IMG/VR virus record: IMGVR_UViG_3300028197_001229
Location: 21,106-85,105 of that record
Length of the DNA: 64,000 nt
DNA from: a virus
Strand: one strand, 5' to 3'
The notes under the pieces are model-generated. The model was not told where the DNA came from and did not search any database. It worked only from the letters and a program-made list of their open reading frames with translations. The position numbers and the translations under genes were made by a program. Below, in pieces: positions 50,337 through 58,850 of the stretch (its first letter is position 1; each line of letters starts with the position of its first letter).

Positions 50337-50463
50337 CCCATTTGCTGCGAAGATTCGTAAAGCAAACCGTTTAGCTTCCAAAAATAAAACCGGAGGCGGA
50401 AAAGCAATTTTGAGGAAATTGCATAATAAAATGAAACTAGAAAGGAAACGAACAAGTGTATAA
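50317..50463 (+). CDS. Small basic protein (48 aa, not in ORF track)
   Basis: MNTKSNDPFAAKIRKANRLASKNKTGGGKAILRKLHNKMKLERKRTSV; fills the gap and overlaps both neighbours. Confidence 0.5.
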   Translation: MNTKSNDPFAAKIRKANRLASKNKTGGGKAILRKLHNKMKLERKRTSV

Positions 50464-50800
50464 TCCAGAAGAAGATGACGAAAATAACGAAGAAACTGAT
50501 ACTCCAATTCTAAAACGATGTGTTGTTGAATATGAGTTTCCTGAAAAGGGAGTGACTATTCGTGAAGAAATGACAATCACGCAGACAGGAGGTATTTTCG
50601 GGGAGAAAATTGCTGAGATCAAAGTTACCGAAGGTGACCAATCTGAGCCTAATGTATTTTGCAAAATGCCTGTACCTCAATGGGTGGGTAGGCTACTAGC
50701 TGTAGTTAGTAAAACATGTAACGCATCATCTCCAGAAAATATGAATTCAAAATCTTTGGAAGAAATTAAACCTATTCACAAATATATATTTAAACGATGA
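50456..50800 (+). CDS. Hypothetical protein
   Basis: 114 aa, GTG start. Confidence 0.5.
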   Translation: MYNPEEDDENNEETDTPILKRCVVEYEFPEKGVTIREEMTITQTGGIFGEKIAEIKVTEGDQSEPNVFCKMPVPQWVGRLLAVVSKTCNASSPENMNSKSLEEIKPIHKYIFKR

Positions 50801-51174
50801 AAAATACATATCCACAAGCCATACCTAACGATCCTCTACCTGACAACTTTTTACATCATATCGGGGGAGCTGTTCGTGGTAAAATGAAAACAGTTTATCA
50901 AGGCCGTGAAGCCGAGCACTATCCATACTACATTCATGATGTACGTATGCTGGTCCAGGGTACTAAGAACGTAGATAACCTTAGAAAGTTTATTGAAAAT
51001 CATAAACGTATCTATGGTTACGCTGACGGTCCGTTTCTTGGTATTTATAATTTAGAACAATACGAGATTACCGAGAACACTATTGGTATAGTTAATGACA
51101 AAGATCTGCGAAAGCATGTTAAGCAGAAAATGGCCGAAGGTGCCATGTCTGATATACCTAGAAATATTGTATAA
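50797..51174 (+). CDS. Hypothetical protein
   Basis: 125 aa, ATGA overlap. Confidence 0.55.
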   Translation: MKNTYPQAIPNDPLPDNFLHHIGGAVRGKMKTVYQGREAEHYPYYIHDVRMLVQGTKNVDNLRKFIENHKRIYGYADGPFLGIYNLEQYEITENTIGIVNDKDLRKHVKQKMAEGAMSDIPRNIV

Positions 51175-51177
51175 CAA

Positions 51178-51195
51178 CGTGTTATATATATTTGA
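51178..51195 (+). promoter_or_regulatory. Recurring intergenic motif (CGTGTTATATATATTTGA) preceding the ncRNA
   Basis: Consensus match immediately upstream of the long non-coding unit. Confidence 0.65.
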
Positions 51196-51755
51196 GTGAC
51201 ATCGTTCCCGGGGTTCTCTTTAGATATTATTTCCTACGTTGGTTCGTCTAATGACAAGACACGCTTATGGTTATTAGGTAAGAGCTATACTGAATGTGAT
51301 ATCGTTGACTACTAGAAAGGTAAAATAGTAGCTTACTTTATTGCACCATCTATACGAAATGAGATAAGGGTTGCACGGACTACAAATAAACTGGAGCCGG
51401 ACTTAAGCAATCAGGTTAACCGTAGTTCAACCCAGATTATATTCTACGGAATATAGTCAGGTGATAATGCAAGTAAGTCCATCCCTGTTCGACAATATCA
51501 ACAATCCTTCTGCACGCACAGAAGAACGTTGTGCGTTCGAGCATAATGTAAACTAGGCAACTAATCCCTCACCGACGTAAAGGGTGCTATCATACTTAGC
51601 TCGAACGCAAGACCAATCAGCGCGTGCGCGGTTTGTTTTGATTGTAGCACATAGTGTGTATAGCACCCTAAAATTTAAACAAAACTGATTTCTCATCCCC
51701 GAGAATACCTCGCGGGGTAGTAGGTCCTCATTATGCCTGCTACCCCGTTTTTTTT
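51196..51755 (+). ncRNA. Large structured non-coding RNA of unassigned class (~550 nt)
   Basis: No ORF of 60 aa or more in any frame; many nested helices, a cUACGg tetraloop and a GNRA loop; bounded by the promoter motif and a strong terminator. Confidence 0.7.
51713..51755 (+). terminator. Rho-independent terminator
   Basis: CGGGGTAGTAGG / CCTGCTACCCCG + T8. Confidence 0.85.
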
Positions 51756-51857
51756 AAATTTTTATATATTAGAAAAATTGTACATATGTACATGGTACTG
51801 ACAGTTAAATAAAAAGCTTGTCAGGATGTAAAAAATCGAACAATTATTAAAATAACT

Positions 51858-52517
51858 ATGTTAAATGAAAAAATAAAATTACCGTGTTATACTGCCACGT
51901 TTAAAATTCCATATAAAACTTACATGGCTACCTTACAATTGGGTATGTACGAAACTACATCCCGGCTAGTTAATAGCAATTTTGTATATAGGACTCAAGA
52001 ATGTGCTGGTGGTCGTAGGAAAGCATTGGATAAAGTGTGTAATTGGTACTGGGATAAGTACAAAGGAGCTTGGGGACAGGCTCACGAGATAATGGTTTTA
52101 AACGACCCTTATATGGAAGTTATGTACAATGACGATTTTAATTGTGCAGATAAACTCAATCGTTACTTAGATGATGAAACCATTGATAAGTTATTATCTG
52201 ACTGTAACGAAGAGCTAGTACGTGAGGACAACGATACGTTTGGTAAACACCACCCTCGTAATTCGGTAAAACGTAAAAAAAGGCGTAGAGTATATCTCGA
52301 ACATATTGGCGATGGTTTATACCAGCATCCCAATACTAAAGTTATGTACTTTAGGGACACTGTAATTCCGCAGATTACACATAATGGTTCTAAGGGTCAT
52401 CCTGGTGAATACATTCAAAAACGAAAAGTCAAAGACTTCAAGCTTATGTCTAAGAACATAGAAAAAGCTATAAACGAAGTACAAACAAGGTTTGGTCATG
52501 CAATTAGTTTGGGATAG
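51858..52517 (+). CDS. Hypothetical protein, basic C-terminal half
   Basis: 219 aa, A-rich leader. Confidence 0.65.
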   Translation: MLNEKIKLPCYTATFKIPYKTYMATLQLGMYETTSRLVNSNFVYRTQECAGGRRKALDKVCNWYWDKYKGAWGQAHEIMVLNDPYMEVMYNDDFNCADKLNRYLDDETIDKLLSDCNEELVREDNDTFGKHHPRNSVKRKKRRRVYLEHIGDGLYQHPNTKVMYFRDTVIPQITHNGSKGHPGEYIQKRKVKDFKLMSKNIEKAINEVQTRFGHAISLG

Positions 52518-52830
52518 TATACTAGGCGAATCTCGACCTTACGGTTCTCCCTCTACTAGTTATTCATACGTAGAGAATATAATTGCAAACGTAGTTGAAA
52601 TGAATCCTGACTCCTTGTTAATAGGAACTCCTGAGGATAGAGAAAGATATTACCCTGCCATATGCGGACACACTACAGACTGTAGATTCGTTTATTCGGT
52701 AGATAGGTTGTTAGAAATTTTATCTGAAGATATGCCTAGAGAAGAAGCACAAGAATTCTTTGACTATAACATAGAGGGTGCATTTGTAGGAGACAATGGC
52801 CCCATATTTATTTACACAGAATTTATTTAA
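52492..52830 (+). CDS. Hypothetical phage protein
   Basis: 'EEAQEFFDYNIEGAFVGDNGPIFI'; start uncertain. Confidence 0.6.
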   Translation: MVMQLVWDSILGESRPYGSPSTSYSYVENIIANVVEMNPDSLLIGTPEDRERYYPAICGHTTDCRFVYSVDRLLEILSEDMPREEAQEFFDYNIEGAFVGDNGPIFIYTEFI

Positions 52831-52845
52831 AAACTAAAAAAAATA

Positions 52846-53139
52846 ATGAGCAAAAAAACATACAAAGTAGCAATCTGGGAAGAAATTTCCGGATACATAA
52901 TGGTAGAGTCTGATAATGAATCAGAAGCAGAAGATAAAGCTGAAGAATTAATTAATCAATACGGAGTTGAGCAACTGTTATTTCCTAATCCTCAGTTAAA
53001 AGATGATTGGGAAGAAGACATAACTGCTTACTGCGGAGATCACACACATGGTGGTAGAGAGGTATTAAGTTGTGAGTACACCGGTGAGTCTGACTCTAAA
53101 CTAGACGAGTACAAACAAGGAGGTACAGAAGATGAGTGA
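52846..53139 (+). CDS. Hypothetical acidic protein
   Basis: 97 aa. Confidence 0.55.
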   Translation: MSKKTYKVAIWEEISGYIMVESDNESEAEDKAEELINQYGVEQLLFPNPQLKDDWEEDITAYCGDHTHGGREVLSCEYTGESDSKLDEYKQGGTEDE

Positions 53140-53335
53140 ACTTGAATACAAATCAATAATTAAGCAAAATGCTGTTATTGTGTTGGAAACTAAACTGTCA
53201 AACATTGACATGGATATGGGAATTGTTAAAACTAGGATGGAGAAGCTATTAAAAGAGCAGACTCGTTTACGTGAAAGACGAATCCAAATACTAACAGAAT
53301 TAAAACAACATAAAGAAGTAATAGAGAATATATGA
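53132..53335 (+). CDS. Small coiled-coil protein
   Basis: 67 aa; AAGGAGG upstream. Confidence 0.55.
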   Translation: MSELEYKSIIKQNAVIVLETKLSNIDMDMGIVKTRMEKLLKEQTRLRERRIQILTELKQHKEVIENI

Positions 53336-54297
53336 AAACTATATTGATAACAGGCGGTGCCGGCTTTCTAGGAAGTCATCTATGTGACAAGTTACTAACC
53401 TCATCCGGAGATATTCATATTATATGTATGGATAATTTATTTACGGGTTCAAAGGATAACATCAATCATTTACTTGGTCATCCTAGGTTTGAGTTCATGA
53501 GACATGACGTAATTGATCCATTTAGACTTGAAGTGGATGAAATATATAACTTGGCATGTCCAGCATCTCCTGTTCATTACCAGTACAATCCATTGAAGAC
53601 TGTACAGACTTCGGTAATGGGTATGATTAACGCTCTTGATGTTGCTAGTGAGACTGGTGCTAAGATACTTCAGGCAAGTACATCTGAGGTCTATGGTGAT
53701 CCTGATGTTCACCCACAACATGAATCATATAATGGTAACGTAAATCCTATTGGACCACGTGCATGCTATGACGAGGGCAAGAGGTGTGCTGAAACGCTTT
53801 GTTATGATTATTTTAGGGAGTATGAGGTAGATATACGTGTAATGCGTATATTCAACACGTACGGGCCTAGAATGGACCCTGATGACGGGAGAGTAGTATC
53901 AAACTTTATAGTTCAAGCTTTGAAGGGAGAAGAATTAACTATATATGGGGATGGTTCTCAAACGAGATCATTCTGCTATGTAGATGATTTACTGGAAGGT
54001 ATGGTAAGACTAATGAACTGTACCAGAGATGAACTACGTGAACATGCTAACAGTGGACCAGTTAACATTGGTAACCCTGATGAGTTTACTATAAAGCAAC
54101 TAGCTGAACTAATAACGGATAAGATCAACCCGGGTGCAATGGTAAAAGAACTACCGTTACCTGAGGATGATCCTACTCAACGACGACCAGACATCACACG
54201 TGCTAAAGACATGTTAGACTGGAAGCCAACTATCAATTTGAATGATGGCTTAGATAAAACAATAGCGTACTTTGAAAAACTATTAAGTAACGAGTGA
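53332..54297 (+). CDS. uxs: UDP-glucuronic acid decarboxylase (UDP-xylose synthase), extended SDR
   Basis: '[12 protein letters not shown]', 'LACPASP', '[10 protein letters not shown]', 'CYDEGKR', 'RIFNTYGP', 'GRVVSNFI'. Confidence 0.9.
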   Translation: MKTILITGGAGFLGSHLCDKLLTSSGDIHIICMDNLFTGSKDNINHLLGHPRFEFMRHDVIDPFRLEVDEIYNLACPASPVHYQYNPLKTVQTSVMGMINALDVASETGAKILQASTSEVYGDPDVHPQHESYNGNVNPIGPRACYDEGKRCAETLCYDYFREYEVDIRVMRIFNTYGPRMDPDDGRVVSNFIVQALKGEELTIYGDGSQTRSFCYVDDLLEGMVRLMNCTRDELREHANSGPVNIGNPDEFTIKQLAELITDKINPGAMVKELPLPEDDPTQRRPDITRAKDMLDWKPTINLNDGLDKTIAYFEKLLSNE

Positions 54298-54546
54298 GCT
54301 CTGACACACTGTTTTTGTGTGCAATAGTACTCTTACTTGTATTGTACGCTATAGATGTAATAAGGTAAGCGTACTACTTAAGTAGTACTTTGCTTTGATA
54401 TGTATTGATATATCATTGTAGCTGTCTGTAATGATATGCTACAATGGTATGTTAGTATTATGATATTAAATGATATCTGTTATGATAGTATTGAGATATA
54501 CTATGATACTAATGATATGTTATGATATAGAAATTAACTAAATACT
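54298..54546. other. Non-coding tract of hairpins followed by ~10-bp-spaced TGATA repeats
   Basis: 18-bp palindrome GTACTACTTAAGTAGTAC (54371-54388), hairpin CATTGTAGC/GCTACAATG, nine exact and two variant TGATA copies between 54396 and 54527. Confidence 0.6.
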
Positions 54547-54795
54547 ATGAATAAAGGAAATAAAGGAATTACTATTAGTGAGTCTAGGTATTACGACCAG
54601 GGTGTTATAGACGCCAAGGATGCTATCGTTAGAAACCTAGATGATAAGATACGTAGGGAGATGGCTACCGCTGCTGATAAAAGTGGAAGTTCGGATTCAA
54701 GGTTGCTGGCCCCTGTAAGACTAAACTTGTTACTTAGTTTACAAGATGAACTAAATACTGTGTGTATTGACATATATAAGCCGAACAATGTATGA
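54547..54795 (+). CDS. Hypothetical protein
   Basis: 82 aa. Confidence 0.5.
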   Translation: MNKGNKGITISESRYYDQGVIDAKDAIVRNLDDKIRREMATAADKSGSSDSRLLAPVRLNLLLSLQDELNTVCIDIYKPNNV

Positions 54796-55090
54796 CTTAG
54801 AACGAATACAGTTAAACATGCTACGTTTAGGTTTACCCGATCCTCCCATCAACTTTGGTGTAGAAATTGAAGACATAAACTTTGTACACCATGTACCTTC
54901 TATGTGCATGGACTGTGGTGAAGAAAAACTCACACAGGAAGAAGGTGCCATAAGTAAAGTGTTTGATGACGGGGATGTTATAACAATAGATCCAGCTACT
55001 AGTTTCGTATGTGATTACTGTGGTTTTCGATATGTTCCTCACGAATACGATTCTGTATTCTTAAAAAAATATTCATTAACTAAATTTTAA
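54788..55090 (+). CDS. Zinc-ribbon protein (YgiT/MqsA-type CxxC...CxxC)
   Basis: 'CMDCG' and 'VCDYCG'. Confidence 0.55.
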   Translation: MYDLERIQLNMLRLGLPDPPINFGVEIEDINFVHHVPSMCMDCGEEKLTQEEGAISKVFDDGDVITIDPATSFVCDYCGFRYVPHEYDSVFLKKYSLTKF

Positions 55091-55091
55091 A

Positions 55092-55310
55092 ATGAAAGAT
55101 GCAAAAAACTTTCGTTCTTGGACTAAGAACCCTAATACTCCAGAGAGCGATAAAGAAGATAAAGTAATGCACATAGTTCGGTTTGAAGTACCGATTAATG
55201 TGACTGAAAATGACGGAAAGTCCGGTAATGAACTTATGCCTGTAGAGTATGAGGTTATGGCTAGCTGCCCGGTTGATGCAATTGAACATGTTAGAGAAAA
55301 CTGGTTATGA
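55092..55310 (+). CDS. Small hypothetical protein
   Basis: 72 aa. Confidence 0.5.
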   Translation: MKDAKNFRSWTKNPNTPESDKEDKVMHIVRFEVPINVTENDGKSGNELMPVEYEVMASCPVDAIEHVRENWL

Positions 55311-55600
55311 CAGATAAAAAGAAAACAATGAAAGATGTAGTGTTAGCATTTTGCTTACAGGTTGCCCAAAAACTAGGTAAAGATCCATTAGAAGCAGAAC
55401 TAGATGTACGAAACTATGTATTTCCTGCCATGAAAGATTTAGATAAAGAAATTAGTGAAGAACAATATCTAGTTGCTTTAAAGGATATGAAATTAGATTC
55501 TAATGCTGCTGTTAAGTGGGCAATGGAAAGTATTACTCTTCCTGATAACGATACTGACTCTGCTTTTAAAGATTTCCTTGAACGACCCAGTAGAAACTAA
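55307..55600 (+). CDS. Hypothetical protein
   Basis: 97 aa. Confidence 0.55.
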   Translation: MTDKKKTMKDVVLAFCLQVAQKLGKDPLEAELDVRNYVFPAMKDLDKEISEEQYLVALKDMKLDSNAAVKWAMESITLPDNDTDSAFKDFLERPSRN

Positions 55601-55842
55601 TGGACGACTTAGACTTAAGACTAGCAGTATTAAAATCAAAGAATCCTCCACCACTTACGTTGGAGGAGATAGCTGATTTTTGTGACATTACCAAACAAGG
55701 TGTGCAGCAGATACAACAACGTGCACTGCGTAAGCTTGCTAATGAGTTTTGGGACGATAGAAAAGTATTATTGTCTGAATTTAAAAATTCTGACTTCAAT
55801 ATGTTCTACGGTGATTGTTATGATTCGCCTAAGAATGTTTAA
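55600..55842 (+). CDS. Stand-alone sigma70 region-4-like HTH protein
   Basis: 'LTLEEIADFCDITKQGVQQIQQRALRKL' compared with sigma region 4.2 'TLEEVG..F.VTRERIRQIE.KALRKL'. Confidence 0.7.
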   Translation: MDDLDLRLAVLKSKNPPPLTLEEIADFCDITKQGVQQIQQRALRKLANEFWDDRKVLLSEFKNSDFNMFYGDCYDSPKNV

Positions 55843-55844
55843 AC

Positions 55845-56273
55845 ATGCAAACGTTCCTACCTAAACCTACGTATACTGAATCTTTTGCTTGTCTGGACAA
55901 CAAAAGACTAGGCAACCAAGTTTACCGAGAAGGCAAAACGCTACTAGGTGGCGGTTGGCCAAACCACCCAGCCTCAAAGATGTGGCGGGGCTACGAACAT
56001 CACTTGGCGCTTTATTGTTTTAGAGGGGCTCAAGAAATGGTACGTAGACGTACATGGAAGGAAGAAGTATGCATTAGATGGTTACATTACTTCCAAGATA
56101 AGATAACAGAACATGAAGATACTGGATACCCTCCATGGGTTGGTTTTCCACCACTTCATGCTTCCCATCGTAGTAATTTACTACGCAAGGACCCGGAATA
56201 CTATGGTCAGTTCGGTTGGGAAGAACCAGATGACTGGGCATATGTATGGCCCACAAACAATAACACACTATGA
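55845..56273 (+). CDS. Pyrimidine-dimer DNA glycosylase / endonuclease V family (MSMEG_6728-like)
   Basis: 'MQTFLP', 'LDNKRLGNQ', 'NHPASKMWRGYE', 'SHRSNLLRKDPEYY'. Confidence 0.8.
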   Translation: MQTFLPKPTYTESFACLDNKRLGNQVYREGKTLLGGGWPNHPASKMWRGYEHHLALYCFRGAQEMVRRRTWKEEVCIRWLHYFQDKITEHEDTGYPPWVGFPPLHASHRSNLLRKDPEYYGQFGWEEPDDWAYVWPTNNNTL

Positions 56274-56467
56274 CTAAACCAAATAAAGATTATGTTACTC
56301 GGGAACAGTTCGACGAAGTTGTTGATCTGTTGGACGAGTTGTTTCAACAAGCTGACGAAGACACTCCTGGTGATTGTCGGACTGAACACTTTCGTTCTGC
56401 AATGTACGATGTTGAGGAAACTCTGATACAGCTCAAACGTCGTCATCGCATTGAGACAGAAGACTAA
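56270..56467 (+). CDS. Small hypothetical protein
   Basis: 65 aa. Confidence 0.5.
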   Translation: MTKPNKDYVTREQFDEVVDLLDELFQQADEDTPGDCRTEHFRSAMYDVEETLIQLKRRHRIETED

Positions 56468-56470
56468 TAT

Positions 56471-56578
56471 GTGAAAATTCGAAGTACAGTCAAAGCTAAG
56501 CCTACGTCGATACACCGGCGTCTAAATAAGACGCTTCCGCGCAAGGCAAAGCATAAAAAACCTCCTCCTAGTGAGTGA
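56471..56578 (+). CDS. Small basic peptide ending RKAKHKK (35 aa, not in ORF track)
   Basis: GTG start 3 nt after the previous stop; MKIRSTVKAKPTSIHRRLNKTLPRKAKHKKPPPSE. Confidence 0.4.
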   Translation: MKIRSTVKAKPTSIHRRLNKTLPRKAKHKKPPPSE

Positions 56579-56588
56579 GGTTTTTTTT
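56555..56588 (+). terminator. Rho-independent terminator
   Basis: aaaaaacctc...gaggtttttttt. Confidence 0.65.
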
Positions 56589-56595
56589 AGCTATC

Positions 56596-56613
56596 TGTGT
56601 TATATATATTTGG
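56596..56613 (+). promoter_or_regulatory. Recurring intergenic motif (TGTGTTATATATATTTGG), putative phage promoter
   Basis: Full consensus match directly after a terminator. Confidence 0.65.
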
Positions 56614-56663
56614 ATAACCAAGTGTATTATTGCAATAAAACCACAAAAAACAAAAAAATAACA

Positions 56664-56834
56664 ATGAATAAAGCAATAGAATTATTAAAAGAGGCTGTTA
56701 GCCTCTTAAGGGAGATCAAACATCTCCTGGGAGCTGTACGTACAGCAACTGTACGAAAGTTACCAACTTCGTATTCTAGCCCGGGTTCCGGTTACAGAGT
56801 CATCATCGAAATGCCGGAGGTTGACAATGAGTAA
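56664..56834 (+). CDS. Small hypothetical protein
   Basis: ATG 56664 after an A-rich leader. Confidence 0.5.
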   Translation: MNKAIELLKEAVSLLREIKHLLGAVRTATVRKLPTSYSSPGSGYRVIIEMPEVDNE

Positions 56835-57852
56835 GTCAGGAAGAGTTTCAGCGTTTTACGATCGTTCAGTTGTGTACGGTGAAAACTATATGAACGGAGC
56901 GATCCAATACTGTAAGTGGGGAGAAACCCTCGGTATAGGTGTAGGACACTTACCTCCTGAGGATCGTGCTGATGTTAGTCAGGACATGTTTACTCATTCC
57001 AACATTCTGGATAATCCCAATCCTGCCGTTACCATAGACAGCATTCGCCCCTCCTCGGGCTTTTTCGCAATGGCCAACTTCCATCCCATGCAAATCCTGG
57101 AGAACGATTACTCCAACCTGACAATCCTCATGATAGAACAATACAATGAGGGTCAGTGGGGATTTCCTATGGGTGGAGTGGAAGAGGAGGATGCAAATCT
57201 TCTCGACACCGCCATTAGAGAGTGGGACGAGGAAACTGGTAGACAGCTACCACTCGAATCATCCCTCTGTAGCTACTCAAGAGAGTACAGCGATACAATC
57301 CATATGGAACCATTCCGGAGATTCAAAAATCAGGTCAGTAAGCCATATCAGGCTGTGGCTTTAGGAAAGTCGCTCCTGGATAACTTGTATAGGTGGACAT
57401 ACTACAGGAATACTGTAGCTGGTCCCAAGAAAATGAAATGTGTAAATCTCATTCCACTTATTACAGATTATCCTTCGGATATGGATTGCATGGAAGCACT
57501 CAAGAATCCTTCCACTCACAGTCCGGAAATACTGCAGAGTGCCTGGGTTCCTTACTACGAAGTCTTAGAGAGAGTTTGTGATGTAGACCGAGCGGTATTA
57601 CGTCACGGCATGAATGACTTAGCGTACGGACTTAAGGTTGCTTATCATAAAAGTGCTCGTGACTATCTTAAACCATTCCGCAAACGCCCGGATCAAACCA
57701 CAACTAATGGACGTATACGAAACATGTTCGAAAAGTTTGGTATGGCTCCAGAGTCATCGAATCTGTCGGCTTTGGCTGATAAGATTTATGAGGCTGATCA
57801 GAAAAGCGAGAATGACCGGATCGAAGACTGTCTTACTGAGGAAGAGTCATGA
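56827..57852 (+). CDS. NUDIX hydrolase domain protein
   Basis: Nudix box 'GGVEEEDANLLDTAIREWDEETG' preceded by 'GQWGFP'; GGAGG SD before ATG 56827. Confidence 0.8.
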   Translation: MSKSGRVSAFYDRSVVYGENYMNGAIQYCKWGETLGIGVGHLPPEDRADVSQDMFTHSNILDNPNPAVTIDSIRPSSGFFAMANFHPMQILENDYSNLTILMIEQYNEGQWGFPMGGVEEEDANLLDTAIREWDEETGRQLPLESSLCSYSREYSDTIHMEPFRRFKNQVSKPYQAVALGKSLLDNLYRWTYYRNTVAGPKKMKCVNLIPLITDYPSDMDCMEALKNPSTHSPEILQSAWVPYYEVLERVCDVDRAVLRHGMNDLAYGLKVAYHKSARDYLKPFRKRPDQTTTNGRIRNMFEKFGMAPESSNLSALADKIYEADQKSENDRIEDCLTEEES

Positions 57853-58109
57853 GAAAATCCAGAAGATATATACCTGAGGATCATGCCCGTCAGTATTGGT
57901 TGAATAATCATACCCGGGCAAAGGAGGCCAATCTATCCAGTGAATTCATTACCGCCTACAAACATAGGCGTCGTAATTATAATGACTCAATCATGGAAGC
58001 AAGCAGCCAAGCTCTGAACGATATAGGTTATTGGGATACACTTGACCCGTACAAGGCCAAGGATCCTTACACATATATTATGAGTACGTTAAAGGAGGGA
58101 TCATCATGA
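57849..58109 (+). CDS. Hypothetical protein
   Basis: 86 aa, ATGA overlaps. Confidence 0.55.
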   Translation: MRKSRRYIPEDHARQYWLNNHTRAKEANLSSEFITAYKHRRRNYNDSIMEASSQALNDIGYWDTLDPYKAKDPYTYIMSTLKEGSS

Positions 58110-58360
58110 GTGAGGTAACCTATCCGTTGCTCAAGACGTCTGCAGGCGAAGACTGGGAGTACTTTGTTATAATTGATGGTAAGAAAGATACTGGAATGGA
58201 GAGGAGGATTCCTATCCGTACTATCAACGATGGCAATGATACTATCTACTTATCTAAGGGTAAGCTCATAACGCTCCCCGCAGATGGCCGGTGGCAGACC
58301 TTGTCAAACGGAGAGCCACGATCAAAATGGCAACAACTACGAATGGAGGGATCATCATGA
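58106..58360 (+). CDS. Hypothetical protein flanked by 16-nt direct repeats
   Basis: 84 aa; GGAGGGATCATCATGA at both junctions. Confidence 0.6.
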   Translation: MSEVTYPLLKTSAGEDWEYFVIIDGKKDTGMERRIPIRTINDGNDTIYLSKGKLITLPADGRWQTLSNGEPRSKWQQLRMEGSS

Positions 58361-58722
58361 TTCTGTTCCACGAACATATCGAGTCGATATTCCGAGCTCA
58401 CAAGCTCAGCGTATCTGGCTTATGCGAAAAGATCGGATGCAGTCGTGCTTATATCTACAGTATCTGGAGACGGGAACATGTACCGACGATGCGTTTCTTG
58501 ATGAAGCTGTTCAAAAATCTAGAAATCTCAGAAGATTGGAAAGCTGAAATCTTCGAAGCCTTCAAAACTGCTGAAGCGGAGAAGCCCAAGAACCAAGGTC
58601 AGAGCCATTTAAAAGATCTCAAAGATATGGTGGCCCGCTTGGAGGAAAGAGTAAATATGTTGCACGACAAATTTAACATCGTTGTGCAACATATTAACAC
58701 CCAAGACAAGAAAGGAGGATAA
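58357..58722 (+). CDS. XRE-type HTH protein with C-terminal coiled coil
   Basis: 'FRAHKLSVSGLCEKIGCSRAYIYSIWRREHVPT'; start at ATG 58357 with SD. Confidence 0.7.
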   Translation: MILFHEHIESIFRAHKLSVSGLCEKIGCSRAYIYSIWRREHVPTMRFLMKLFKNLEISEDWKAEIFEAFKTAEAEKPKNQGQSHLKDLKDMVARLEERVNMLHDKFNIVVQHINTQDKKGG

Positions 58723-58726
58723 TAAC

Positions 58727-58837
58727 ATGCTGGATACTATATTCACTGCTGTCTTGTTACTACCAACTATGGCTATCCCGATCGTTCTCATTATTGATTT
58801 GTTTATGAGCGATCCGGACGAGTTGTTTAAAAAGTAG
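58727..58837 (+). CDS. Small membrane peptide (36 aa, not in ORF track)
   Basis: AAGGAGG SD; MLDTIFTAVLLLPTMAIPIVLIIDLFMSDPDELFKK. Confidence 0.55.
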   Translation: MLDTIFTAVLLLPTMAIPIVLIIDLFMSDPDELFKK

Positions 58838-58850
58838 TACCAGATAAAAT

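Noticed and set aside
51237-51270. tRNA-like 5' half (GGTTCGTCTAATGACAAGACA)
   Set aside because: Only a D-arm-like hairpin; no anticodon stem, T-arm or acceptor partner follows
51392-51540. Group I or group II intron (AUAUAGUC; GAGCCGG domain-V look-alike; GUGCG at 51531)
   Set aside because: No interrupted host gene; the AUAUAGUC simply closes a local hairpin; the domain-V look-alike pairs poorly and precedes rather than follows GUGCG; no RT or homing endonuclease nearby
51196-51755. tmRNA or RNase P RNA identity for the ncRNA
   Set aside because: No tRNA-like acceptor/T-arm with CCA and no GAGGAAAGUCC ... CGGCUUA P4 signature
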